Assembly (NCBI RefSeq): GCF_963921235.1
Contig: NC_086108.1
Location: forward strand, 41,294,001 to 41,358,000
Reading direction: 5' to 3'
Length of the DNA stretch: 64,000 nucleotides
Origin: Mobula hypostoma
Lineage: Eukaryota
The notes beneath the pieces were generated by a model. It was not told the DNA's origin. It saw only the letters and a program-made list of their open reading frames with translations, and ran no database searches. A program made the translations under genes and the position numbers. This document shows positions 13,516-25,840 of the stretch, piece after piece; position 1 is the stretch's first letter; every line of letters begins with the position of its first letter.

Positions 13516-16209
13516 CAGGGAGATCGGGACCACAAGGAATGCCTGGCCAGCGTAGATTCCTTTCGCGTGTAATACCCTTTCTCTTCATTGAATGTTCATG
13601 GAGTGTCAGGGGTTCCAGTAGGGAGCACACAGGTAGATAAGCTGTGAACTCATGTGCTTTTTAGTTGAAATAATAAAAGTTTCTTGTTGGTAAATACAGG
13701 TTCTCTGTGCCTCACTGATCATTATTACAAGGGGTGATTCTTGTAAAAATATCATTTGCAAACTCGGCCACAAAGCCATCAATTTACATACAGTGTTACA
13801 AGAAGTAGCCCTAGTACCAACCCCTGCGGAACACCACTACCCACCGGCAGCCAATCTGAAAAGGATCCCTGTATTCCCATTTGTTGCCTCCTGTCAATCA
13901 GCCAATGGTCTATCCATGCTAGTGTCTTTCCTGTAATACACTGGGCTCTTATCTTGATTAGCAGCCACATGTGCAGCACCTTGTCAAAGGCCTTCTGAAA
14001 ATCTAAGTACACAACATCACCAATTTTCCTTTGTCTAACCTGCTTGCTATTTCTTCAAAGAATTACAACAGATATGTCAGGCAAGATTTTCTCTATGCTG
14101 ACTTTGGCCTATTTCGTCATATTCCTCTAAGTACCCCAAAACCACATCCTTAACAATCAACTTCAACATCTTCCTAACCACTGAGGCAAGGCTAACTGGC
14201 CTATAATTCCCTCTCTTCTGCCTCCCTTCATTTTTAAAGAGTGGAATCACTTTTGCAATTTTCCAGTTCTCTGAAACCATGCCAGACTCTAGTGATTCTT
14301 GAAAGATCATTACTAATGCCTCCACAATCTCTTTAGCTATCTCTTTTGGAACACTAGCGTGTATTCCATCTGGTCCAGGTGACTTATCTACCTTCAGTTT
14401 CCTGGGCACCATCTCCATCATAATTGCAACTGCACTCACTTCTGCCTCTTGACACTTTTGAACTTCCGACGTACTGCTAGTGTCTTGCACAGCGAAGTTT
14501 GATGCAGTATATTTATAGTTCATCCGCCATTTCCTTGTCCCCCATTACTATCTCTTAAGTGTCAATTTCCATCAGTCCAATATTTCCTCTCATCTTTCTT
14601 TTACTCTATATATCCAAAAAAATCATTTTTTATATTTTTGGTGAGCTTACCTTCATATCTCACCTTTCCCCCCCTTATGATTTTTTTGTTGGTTTTTAAA
14701 AAATTCCCAATCCTCTAGCTTCCCACTAATTTTTGCTCTACTATATGTCCTCTCTTTGGCTTTTATGTTGACTTTGACTTCCCTTATCAGGCACGATTGC
14801 ATCATCCTGTCTTTAGAATACTTCCTCTTCCTTGAGATGCTTCAATCCTCCACCTTCTGAATTGCTCCCAGAAACTCCAGCCATCGCTGCTTTGCTCTCA
14901 CCCCTGTTAGTGTCCCCTTTCAATCAACTTCGGCTGCTCTGCTCTCATGACTCTGTAATTCCCTTTACTCCACTGTAAAACCACTACATCTGACTTTAGC
15001 TTCGCCCTCTCAAACTGCAGGATGAATTCAATTATATTATGATCACTGTTACCTAAGGGTTCCATTACATAAGGTTCCCTAATCGTATCCGGTTCATTAC
15101 ACAACACCCAGTCCAGAATTGCTCATCCCCTAGAGGGCTCAACCACAAGCTGCTCCTAAAAACCATCTCAGAGGCAGTCCACAAATTCTCTCTCTTGGGA
15201 TTCAGCATCAACTTGATTTTCCCAATCTACAGTATCTGTATATTGAAATCCCCAATGACAAACGTTACATTGTCTTTCTGACATGCAGTTTTCCACCTCC
15301 CACTGTAATTTGCAGATTACATCCTGGCTACTGCTTGGAGGCCTGTAAATAACTCCCATCAGGGTTTCTTAATTCTTGCAGCATCTCAACTCAGATTCTA
15401 TATCCTCCAATCCCATGTCACTTCTTTCTAAATATTTGATTTCATTATTTACCAGCAGAGTCAGTGCTCCTTCTAAACTTACTTGCCTGTCCTTTCAATG
15501 GTTTGTGTATCCTTGGATATTAAACTCCCAACTACAATTGTCTTTTAGCAATGACTCCGTGATACCCACAAAGCCATTCCTACCAATCCCCATCTGTGCT
15601 ACAAGATCATCTACTTTATTTCCTACACTGCATGTATTCAAATATAACACTTTCAGTCCCATATTTGTCACCGTTTACAATTGTGTCTCCCATCACCCTG
15701 CAACCCATCCCACTGACTGCAATTTTGCCCCATCATCTGCCTGTCCTTCCTGTCAGTCTCGCTGATTGTAAACTAACATCCCTTTTCTCAGCTGTATCAC
15801 TCTGGTTCTCATCTCCCTGCCAAATTAGTTTAAACCCTCCCCAACAGCTCTGGCAATCCTGACCACAAAGGTATTCATTACCTCAAGTTCAGTGTAGCCC
15901 GTCCCTTTTGTGCAGATCATACCTTCCCCAGAAGGGATCCAAATGATCCCTAAATCTGAAATCCTGCCCCTTGCACCAATTCCTCAGCCATGCATTCATC
16001 TGCCAAGTTATCCTATTCCTGCCCTCACTGGCACATGGCACAGGAAGCAATCCAGGGTTTGTTACCCTGAAGGTCCTGTTTCTAAGCTTCCTCTCTTGCT
16101 CTCTAAATTCTCTTTTTAGGACCTCCTCTCTTTTCCTTCCTATGTCATCAGCACTAATATGTGCCAAAATGTCTGGCTGTTTCCCCTCCTCCTTCAGAGT
16201 GTCATGGAC

Positions 16210-17795
16210 CTATAAGTCCATAAGACATTGTGCAGAATTAGGCCATCTGGCCCATCGAGCCTGCTCCACCATTCAAAAATGGCTGATCCCTTTTTTTTCT
16301 CCTCCTCAGCCCTATTTCCTGGCCTTCTCCTCATAACTTTTGATGCCATGTCCAATCAAGACCAATCAACCTCTGCCTTAAATACACACAAAGACCTGGC
16401 CTCGACAGCTGCGCATGGCAACAAATTCCACAAATTTACCACCCTCTGGCTAAAGAAATTTCTCAGCATCTCTGTTTTGAATGGACACCCCCTTACCCTG
16501 AGGCTCTCCCACCATGGGAAACATCCTTTCCACATCTAGTCAGTCTTGGCCTTTCAACATTCAAAAGGTTTCAATGAGATCCCCCCTCATCCTTCTAAAT
16601 TCTAGTGAGTACAGACACAGAGCCATCAAACGTTCCTTGTATGATAACCCTTTCAATCCCAGAATCATCCTTGTGAACCTCTTCAAAGCTGAGGAGCCCA
16701 AAACTGTTCACAATACTCTAGGTGAGGCCTCACCAGTGCCTTATAAAGCCTCAGCACCACATCCGTGCTCTTGCATTCTAGACCTCTTGAAATGAATGCT
16801 AACATTGCATTTGCCTTCCTCACCACAGACTCCACCTGCAAGTTAACCTTTAGGGTGTTCTGCACAAGGACACTTGCATCCCACTGAAATGCAAGTCCTT
16901 TTGCATCTCAGATTTTTGGATTTTCTCCCCGTTTAGAAAATAGTCCACACATTTATTTCTACTACCAAAGTAACTGATTATGCATTTTCCAACATTGTGT
17001 TTCATTTGCCACTTTCTTGCCCATTCTCCTAATCTGTCTATGTCCTTCTGTATCCTGTTCCTTGAACATCTACCAATCTTCGTATCATCTGCAAACTTTG
17101 CAAAAAAGTCATCTATTTCATCATCTAAATCATTTATATAAAGCATAAAAAGAAGTGATCTCAAAACTGACCCCTGCAGAACACCAATAATCACTGGCAG
17201 CCAACCAGAAAAGGATCCTTTTATTCCCACTTACTGCCTCCTACCAATTGGCCAATACTCTAACCATGCCGGTAACTTTCCTGTAATACCATGGGCTCTT
17301 AATTTGGTAAGCAGCCTCATGTGTAGCACCTTGTGAAAGGCCTTCTGAAAGGCCAAATATACAACATCCACTGCATCCCCTTTATCTATCCTACTTGTAA
17401 TCTCCTCAAAGGTTTCCAGCAGGTTCGTCAGGCAAGATTTTCCCCTAAGGAAACCATACTGACTTTGTCCTATCTTGTCCCGTGTCACCAATACTCCATA
17501 ACTTCATCCTTAACAATTGACTCTAACATCTTTCCAACCACTGAGGTCAGGCTAACTGGTCTATAATTTCCCTTCTGCTGCCTTCCTCCTTTCTTAAAGA
17601 GTGGAGTGACATTTGAAATTTTCCAGTCCTCTAGCACCATGTCAGAGTCCAATGACTTTTGAAAGATAATTTCTAATACCACCACAATCTCTAATACTAC
17701 CTCTTTCAGAACCCTAGGGTGCAGTTCATCTGGTCCAGCTGACTTATGTACTTTTAGGTCTTTCAGCTTCTTAAGCATCTTCTCCCTTGTAATAG
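16210..17795 (-). mobile_element. 5'-truncated CR1 LINE nested in ORF1 of the host CR1
   Basis: New 3' tail ctataagtccataagacat at 16210. RT ORFs 16683-17814 (KFADDTKIG, YLAFQKAFHKV). Confidence 0.85.
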
Positions 17796-18002
17796 ACAAC
17801 CCGTACCCTGACACATGTGAGGCAACATACCACCTGGGTCTCTTAATCTCGTCAACTGACTGTCCTATCTACTCCTCTGACTATGGAATCTCCTATCACC
17901 ACTGCATCCCTCCTCTTCCCCCTTCCCTTTTGAGCCACAGCACCAGAGACCTGATCACTGCAGATTAGGTTGTCTCCCCTCAACAGCATCCAATATGGTG
18001 TA

Positions 18003-18208
18003 AGCCAGCCAAAGGTGAAGTAGCATCTGCGCTGGACTTCAAGGCAAGTGATCACAGGTTCAAATCCAGCCAGCTCCTTGCACACTTTCCATGTGTGCTG
18101 CCTGGAGCATCGAACTGACAACTTGGCCTCATAAAAATCAGACAAATACTAGAGAAGCAGTGAGTTTGCCACCCAATGCACCACAAGGTGTGGAGAGGAA
18201 CAACAATA
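18003..18208 (+). mobile_element. tRNA-derived SINE inserted in the CR1 5' region
   Basis: B box GGTTCAAATCC at 18057-18067, degenerate A box at ~18013, 3' tail gaggaacaacaataa. CR1 sequence resumes on both sides. Confidence 0.6.
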
Positions 18209-18294
18209 ATTGTCATTGAGGAACGACCACAGTGTTATTCTGTACCAGCCACGTATTTCCCTTCCCTGTCCTGGCTCCTGCAATCTAGGGGTGA

Positions 18295-18552
18295 CAACAG
18301 ACTCAAAGACAACTTCTGCCCTGCTTTTACAACATGATTAAATGGTTCCTTTGTACAATAAAATGGACTCATTATGATTTTGCACCATTTTATTTGCCTA
18401 CATGGCAGTTTCTCTAAAGCTATTACACTTTATTCTGCATTGATTCTACCTCAATGCACTCTGTAATTATTTGATCTGTATGAATAGTATACGAGTTTTT
18501 CACTACATGTCAATATATCTGACAAAAATAACCCAATTCCAATTCCATTTCC
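18295..18552 (+). mobile_element. Rex1-type LINE 3' end
   Basis: aacagactcaaagacaacttctgccctgct resembles the RLKDSFYPA C-terminal motif. Ends in a (ccaatt)n tail. Confidence 0.55.
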
Positions 18553-18650
18553 ACTGACTACAGTTCAAAAACACATAGTTGGCTGTACGTATATTATTTT
18601 GGGATGTTCTGATATCATGAAAAAATGCTACAAAATTGCATTTCTTTCTA
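18553..18650 (+). mobile_element. Ancient Deu/AmnSINE1-like SINE tail remnant
   Basis: gactacagttcaaaa...ttggctgta...tttgggatgttctga...tgaaa...gctacaaaattgca resembles the recalled L2-derived tail; not aligned. Confidence 0.35.
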
Positions 18651-18951
18651 CCTGAGACTTGGGTTGATGAAAGCATTGTTTGTAAAATCTGTGCAACACG
18701 GACTAAATTGTCTACTACCTATCAGGCTCTTCACAAAGTTTAATGATAAACCCAATAAGAAGGCAAAGAAATCACCCTTAATGAGAACTTGACTAGAGTA
18801 TGCTACAAGTAAGTCTCAGATCAAGCATCTTGAGGGCATTCAATTAGACTATCAAAAAATTCTCCAGGGGGAGAGTGAACAGCCAGAGGTAATTTACATA
18901 GTGGTACAAATGCTGTAGGCAGAAAGAGGTATGAAGTCCCTCAGTAAGTAT

Positions 18952-19707
18952 TGTTATGTATCCACTGTTTCGTTTTCCTGGGAGTCCATAGGCTCATTTA
19001 CTGTGGGCGTCACGTGTCCCAAGTTTCGTTTTACTGGGGGTCCACAGTTTCGTTTCTGCGAGCGTTACCTTATGACGTAGGCCGACAGTATAAAAGAAAT
19101 GTGGGCATAGTGCTAGGAAGGAATTGAAGGAAAGAGAGAGAGTGAAGATTGCAGACTTCAAGCTATCGCGAATAGCTCACGATCAAAAAGGGTAAAGTCT
19201 AATGCTTACTCATACCCAAAGGATTGGGTTAATCAGCGGCACGCTGTGCATTGTGGAGACGTGTCTGTTCATCGTATGATCCATGGATGTGGATTTCGTG
19301 AGTCACTTTGTGAAATTGCTCTTCGTGGTCTTCAGAACAGTATTCCTCGGCTGGGATCATCGCTAACTGTTTCTTCATTTGCAAGCCATGGAATCTTTGG
19401 AATTCATCATGATCGCCTCGTCGCTGCATTGTGAATCCACACGTCTCTCCTCTCACCTATTTCGTGAATTACTGGGACTCTGAACTGGCACTTTAAGACT
19501 GTGCTTGAGTAAGATTTGTTAAGAGCGAGTTCTAAGTTTGACTGTAAGGGAGCTATAGACGCATAACACTGTTAACTTCTGTTTAAGAAAGTAGTTTATT
19601 TAATTTTCTTTATTTTTGAGTAGATGTAAATAAATATAGTGGTTTTAATATTAAAACCCGACTCAATTTGTCATCTCTTGCTGCTGGTACGTTACAAAAT
19701 CATAACA
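18952..19707 (+). mobile_element. Young solo LTR (756 bp)
   Basis: Perfect 7-bp terminal inverted repeats TGTTATG...CATAACA. Exact 4-bp TSD GTAT (18948-18951 / 19708-19711). TATAAAA at ~19090, AATAAA at ~19629, CpG-rich. Confidence 0.85.
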
Positions 19708-21320
19708 GTATAGGGAGTTAAATGCAGGACCTTGAGTATAGTAATCTCTGGATTACTGCCAATGCCACATGCTAGTGAGTGCTGGAACAGAAGGATAGGC
19801 CAGCTGAATGTGTTGCTGAAGAGCTGGTGCAAGGGGCAGGGATTTAGGTTTTTGGATCATTGCGATCACTTCTGGGGTAGTGATGACCCGCACAAGAAGG
19901 ACCAATGAGAAAATGGCAAATTGCAAATGAACCACAGGGGAATCAAAGTCTTATCAGGGAAATTTGCTTTTGCAAACAAAGTGTGTTAAACTAGATTGAT
20001 GTGGGACTTGAGAGAGTGAAGTCATTATGAAGACAGGGGTATGTGTAGCAACCTAAGTGTGTAAGCCTTGCAGTCAGGATAGCCGGTTACATGAAAAATG
20101 CAGATGGGATATCTGCTTTAAATTGTACTTATTTCAATGCATGTAGCTTAACAGGTAAAGCGGATGAACTGAGGGCATGGATTTCCTCTTGGGACTGGGA
20201 TACCGTGGCCACAACAGAAACACGGCTGTAAGAAGGACAGATCTGGCCACTCAATGTTTTGGGATATCAGTGCTTTAGGTGTGACAGGGGAACAGGTAGG
20301 AGTGGAGAATGGGAAGATATAACAGTGGTGCTTACAGAGAATATTCTTGAGTGATTGTTTAGCTAGGTCATTTGGGTAGAGCTTCAAAATAAGAGGTAAT
20401 GGTCACCTTAGTAGGACTATATTAAAAGTCAGTGGGAATACTGAGGAGCAAATGCGTCAAGAAATTGTGAGACTAATAGGACAGAGATTTCATATTTCCC
20501 GGTATCGACTGGGCCTCCTAGAAGGCAAAGGGCCTGGATGGAGCAGAATCTGTGTGGCATTTTCAAGATGATTTCCACACAAAATATTTAGAGGAACCTA
20601 CTCAGGGTGGAGCAATACTCAGCCTCTCTGTTCAGGAATGAGGCAGGCCAACTAACTGAAGTAGCTCTTGGCAGTTGGGGAACACATTGGGTCCAATGAC
20701 TACACCTCTATTAGTTTTAAATAGTTATGGAACTAGGTAGAATAGATCAACGTTAAAGTCATGAAATGGAGCAGGGCCAGCTTTGGGGATATTAGGCAGG
20801 ATTTGGTTGAGGCCAACTGGACGACTTTGTTTGAAGTTAAAGGAACAGTTGACAACTGGGAGGCTTATAAAAGGGTCATATCCAAAGCCAGAGGCAGCAG
20901 GTTCCTGTAAAAGGTGAAGGGTAAACCCTGGCTGACAAGAGATATTGAGGCTCTGGTCAGAAAAAGGATAAAGTATACATCACTTTTAGACAGCTAGGTA
21001 CAAATGAATTCTTTGATGAATATAAAATGTTTAAGTGCAGACTGAAGAGGAAAAGCAGGAGGGCAAAAAGAGGGTATGTGATGAATTTGGAAGGCAGGGT
21101 TAAAAATAATCCCAAGAGGTTCTTCAGTTATTTTATCAGCAAAACAGTGACTATGGAGACACTACGCCCAAGACTATCGGACCCGCCTTTGCATTGAGTC
21201 ACAGGAAATGGCTGAGATTTTTAATATCTATTTCTCCTTAGTGTTTACTAACAAGAATATCATGGATGCCAAAGAAATGAGGGCAAAAAGCAATGAAGCT
21301 TTGTATGATATGCATATAAT

Positions 21321-21624
21321 ACGCCAAAGTCCTGACTGAACAGCAGTAGACGCTCCATTTCCCTGGAATGTGATTAGCTGCCACTATCCCTTTAAGACTC
21401 AGACTGCCAGTTTTTGCCTGCCACTTTTCTTCATGGAAAGTCTGTACTTAAAAACGTCATACTGAGCACTCAGTGCCCTATCATGGGAGTTCCATTTCTA
21501 GTATCACTGTTTACGATTTTGCCTTTGGATTTTGCTTGTGTCATCTTGCTTATTTTAAGTCCGAGTCAATTCTCAACCTTAATTTGCACTTAGGTTCACT
21601 ACCATCCATAACCCTCTTGTTACA
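21321..21624 (+). repeat. Gypsy 5' LTR
   Basis: Aligns with 26889-27182 (ccctttaagactcagactgcca, catggaaagt, ttccatttctagta). Ends TGTTACA. Confidence 0.85.
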
Positions 21625-21639
21625 GCATGATTGAGCCAT

Positions 21640-22545
21640 GAATTGAGTATGAATGTCTGTGAACTGCATTGGTCTACCAGGGAGTAATTGTAGGCAAATA
21701 TGTCAAAATGCATCAGGAGATCCTCACCACTCTTCAGAAGCTCTCTGACTCTGGTCAGCAGGATTCAAGTTCGGCTGGAGTAGCTGCCAGTTCAAGCTGG
21801 AAACTCTGTCAATACTTGTTCACCTACTGGCTCCCGAATGGTAAGGCAGTAACCCCAAAGTGTGCCGAGGATTCCTGGTACAATGATCCTTAGCCTTCGA
21901 GTTACGGTCCAAGTTGCCGTCGGAACACAGTAAGGTAGCCTATATCATCTTAGTGGAAGAGCCCTTGCCTGGGCTACTGCACTCTAGGAGAAGGATTCAC
22001 CCATCTGTGCCAATGCAAACCACTTTTCAGAGGCTTTGAGGAGGTGTTCTATCATTCCACTGGAAGACATGGGTCCAAGATAAAGCTCCTCAACTTGTTC
22101 CAGCGGAATCCATCTGTAGCCAATTATTACACAGAATTTCGTACCTTGGCTGTGGAGAGCAGATAGAATACGAAAGCTTGATTTCATAAGGGATTAGGTG
22201 ATGAGCTAGAAGATGCCCTCGCAACCCAAGACCCAGTGGAGGGTCTAGAGGGTCTTATGGACCTGGTAATTCGACTTGATAACTGATTAACAGAAAGGAG
22301 AAGGGATAGATGAAAGGAATTATTCCAAAGGGACTCTCTCTCTGACTATCCTCCATCCTCTCCAATTCTCCGAGCTAGGACCCCTGCTCAACTGCTGCCA
22401 ATCCCAGCCTCCGAGGAACCTATGCAAATAGACTGAACCAGGTTCTCTCGAGCCAAAAGAGAAAGGAGAAGCGAGAGGTGCTGCATTTACCATGGAGAAG
22501 CTGGTCACTATACCACCTCCTGTCCCAAGCTGCCGGGAAACTCAC
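21640..22545 (+). pseudogene. Gypsy gag remnant
   Basis: KVAYII..GRALAWATAL-like motif at ~21930-21985. Zinc knuckle CIYHGEAGHYTTSC at ~22482-22523. Many stops. Confidence 0.75.
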
Positions 22546-23708
22546 GGGACCATGGAGATAGGGAGGTCTGTGACTGTTGCGGGCCTCACTTCCAGTTCAG
22601 CTCCCTCTGGAGTGGTACTCCCTGTGTTGCTTTCATGGGGAGACCAAAAACGTTCCCTGTTGCCTTTATTGACTCCGGTGCAGCAAGGAATTTTTTGGAC
22701 CTTATACCAGCCAGATTGAAAATCTCCTTTTTGTGGCTCAACCAGCAGCTCGTTGCCATTGTCCTTGGTGGAACATCTTTGTTGCTGGGGCAGATCAACC
22801 ACTAAGTATCCCTGCCCAAGCTCAAGAATGGCCAGCATGTGGAATCAATCCAGCTCCATATCTTATTTCTCCCCAGACATCTCTGGCTGTCATCCAACAA
22901 CCCGAGAGCCATTTGGACTACTGGCATCGTTCTGGGCCGGTCAAACCAGTCCAAAAGAAAATGCCTCCAAAAGGGACCTAAGACAACTTCCAATTCACTT
23001 CCCAGCATACCTCCTGAGTTAACATCGGAGACTACCTCCAGGACTACATGCCTCCCGAATTACCTGTTCAACCTCCCACATCTGAACCAGGGCATATGAT
23101 TTGTCCTAGAATACTTCCAGAATATTCAGACCTGCTGGAGGTCTTCAGCACGAAAAGGGCCACCACCCTAGTGCCTCACATCACAGGGACTACAACTGTG
23201 TCAATGATCTGATGTTGAGTACTTGTCCTTTTTGGGATGGCTGTACTCTCTTATCGGCACCAGAGAGAAAAGCCATGGAGGACTACATCCAAGAAGCACT
23301 GCAGTCTGGGTTTTTTCAACCATCCACATTTCCGACTGGAGCTGGGTGTTTCTTCGTCACAAGAAAAATGGTGGACTAAGGCCCAGCATAGACTACAGAT
23401 GGCTAAATAAAATCACAGTTAAAAACCTGTACCCTCTCCCTCTCATGAACATGGCCTTTGAGATTCTCCAGGGAGCTACAATATTTACCAAACTGAATAT
23501 CCGTATGCCTACAACCTAATTCGCATTCGTGAGGGAGGTAAATGAATAACAGCACTCAACACACCTACAGACCACTACCAATACCGGGCCATGCCTTTCG
23601 GGTTGGTAAGCGCTCATGGTATTTCAAACCTTCATCAATGGCGTGCTCCGAGAGATGCCACACCACTTAGTCTTTGTCCACGTAGACAAAATAACTCATT
23701 TTCTCCCA

Positions 23709-23903
23709 ACAACATACATCAAAGTTGCTGGTGAACGCAGCAGGCCAGGCAGCATCTATAGGAAGAGGCGCAGTTGACGTTTCAGGCCGAGACCCTTCGT
23801 CGACTGCGCCTCTTCCTATAGATGCTGCCTGGCCTGCTGCGTTCACCAGCAACTTTGATGTATGTTGCTTGAATTTCCAGCATCTGCAGAATTCCTGTTG
23901 TTT
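23709..23903 (+). mobile_element. 195-bp mini Penelope-like insertion: inverted pLTR piece plus pLTR piece plus 36-nt tail
   Basis: Arms 23710-23779 and 23798-23867 are reverse complements (1 mismatch in 70). Exact 13-bp TSD tcattttctccca (23696-23708 / 23904-23916). Confidence 0.9.
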
Positions 23904-25840
23904 TCATTTTCTCCCAGTCCATTCATAGAACACGCCCAGCACATCCGGCAGGTCCTACTATAGCTTCTCAAGAATCAACTATTCATTAAGCTCAAGTAGA
24001 GTGAATTCCATGTACCCTCAGTTCCTTCTTTGTGTTTGTTATATCTTATGGAATTCTACAAATGGACCCCGATAAGAACTCTGCTATGCAAAATTAGCTG
24101 CAACCCACCTCCATGAAACAACTTCAGTGGTTTCTAGGTTTTGCCAACTTTTACAGGCAGTTCACCCAAAATTTTAGTTCATTGGCGGTGCCGCTCACTA
24201 ACCACACCAAGAAATCTACTGGGCCCTTCCGCTGGACCGCAGAGGCCGAGGCAGCTTTTGTGGAGTCGAAAGAAATATTCACATCTACACCTATCCTAGA
24301 TTCACAAAACCCATACTTGCCTTTTGTGGTGGAGGTTGCTGCGTTGGACATGGGAGTAGGAGCCATCTTGTCCTAACAACCTGTCTCAGGCTACAAACTG
24401 CATCCCTGTGCCTTCTACTCAAGATGTCTTTCTCTCATGGAGGCAAACTATGACATTGAGAATCGGGAATTGTTGGTCTTTAAACTAGCACTGGAGGAGT
24501 GGAGGTACTGGTTGGAGGGGTCCAAACATCTGTTTGTGGTATGGACTACCATAAAAGCCTAGCCTACATACAGAATGCAAAGAAGCTGAATTCCAGGCAG
24601 ACATGTTTGTCCCTGTTCTTTAATAAGTTCAATTTCCTTATTACTTACTACCAGGATCAAGATCAAAATCAAAAACCAGATATCCTCTCTCAACAGTTCG
24701 AAGCACCTAACGGGGAAGAACCTTCAACTACAATTTCCAGTTCTAGAATGGTGGCCACCCATCTGCTGGAACATAGACTTGATAGTTCACCAAGCCCAAG
24801 AGCAAAATGGGACAGACCCAAGTACTGGTTCTCCTGAATGTATCTTTGTTCCTGAATCTGTTTGTTCAGTGGTGCTCAGCTGGGAACATGCTTCAAAACT
24901 GGCTGGCATCCAGGGCTGGCTCGCACCCTAGAATTCATCAAGAGACATTACTGGTGGCCAGGCATGACTAAAGATGCCTGGGAATATGTATTAGCTTGTG
25001 GTGTCTGTGCACAAAATAAAGACTCCTGAGCACACCTCAAGGTCTGCTCCTGCCTCTCCCCATTCCTACTTGCCCTTGGTCCCACTTTTCTGTGAAATTG
25101 GTCACTGGGCTTCTGGCATCTCGGGGTAATACAGTAATCGTGGTGGTCGTGGACTGATTCTCCAAGGCCTGCCACTTTGTACTCCTTCCCAAACTACCAT
25201 TGGCTTCAGAGGCCACAAGGTCATGTTACAGCCCTTATTCAAGATTCAGTTTCCCCAAGGACATAGTCTCTGATTTTGGCCCTCAGTTTGTGTAGTCTTT
25301 TGTGAGCTCATTGAGGCCTCTGCCATTTTGTCATCTGGGTTCCGTCCGCAGTCCAATGGGCAAACGTAGAGGATCTACCAGGACTTGGAGAGACCACTCA
25401 GATGTCTAGCCTTGGGGAATCCTGGAGTGACAACCTAATCTGGGCAGAACTTGTGCACAACACACTTCAGAGTCTAACTATCGGGATGTCCCCTTTCAAA
25501 TACAAATTTGGGTCCTGTTCTTCACTGTTCCTGGAACAAGAAGCAGAGGTCAAGGTTTCATCAGCGGACCAACTGGTCCAGAAATGTGTTAAGGTGAGAT
25601 TTGTTGGCCAATTCTCAGCAATGACAAGACCAGGCCAACCACCAGATAGGGTGGGGACCAGCACTTCTTCCTGGTCAATGGGTCTGGTTCTCAACTAGAG
25701 AAGTCCCCATATGGGTTGAATCTAGAAAATTGGCCCCTTGTTACGTCAATCCATTTAAAATCCTGCGGCACAACAACCCAGTTACCAATCATCTCCAACT
25801 GCTGAGCACCATATGGATTCACCCTACATTCCATGTATGC

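Larger units (their letters stand above)
11990..13748 (+). mobile_element. Solo LTR (outer) inserted in CR1 RT and split by a second LTR
   Basis: Starts TGTT, ends TGTAAAA (probably mutated TGTAACA). 4-bp TSD ATAT (11986-11989 / 13749-13752); removal restores CR1 atcttcatatcatttgcaaac. AATAAA at ~13672. Confidence 0.7.
9262..18290 (-). mobile_element. Near full-length decayed CR1 LINE (ORF1 SGNH esterase, APE endonuclease, RT) interrupted by four insertions
   Basis: 3' tail ccatacaaccataagaccataa at 9260. RT pieces 9467-9682, 11817-11985, 13779-14523 (YLDFQKAFDKV, KSPGPDGIH). Endonuclease GVIYRPP 15168-15359. ORF1 15889-16167 and VIGDSIVRG at ~17900. Colinear across the insertions. Confidence 0.85.

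Noticed and set aside
18003..18075. tRNA gene
   Set aside because: No clean cloverleaf; continues into a SINE body and tail. The same applies to 38830-38900 and 42750-42818.
19229..19456. 75-aa His/Glu-rich ORF
   Set aside because: Antisense within a solo LTR; no recognisable domain.
23667..23928. Two ORFs with identical N-termini on opposite strands (MLVNAAGQAASIGRGAVD)
   Set aside because: Artefact of the PLE palindrome; non-ATG starts, not genes.
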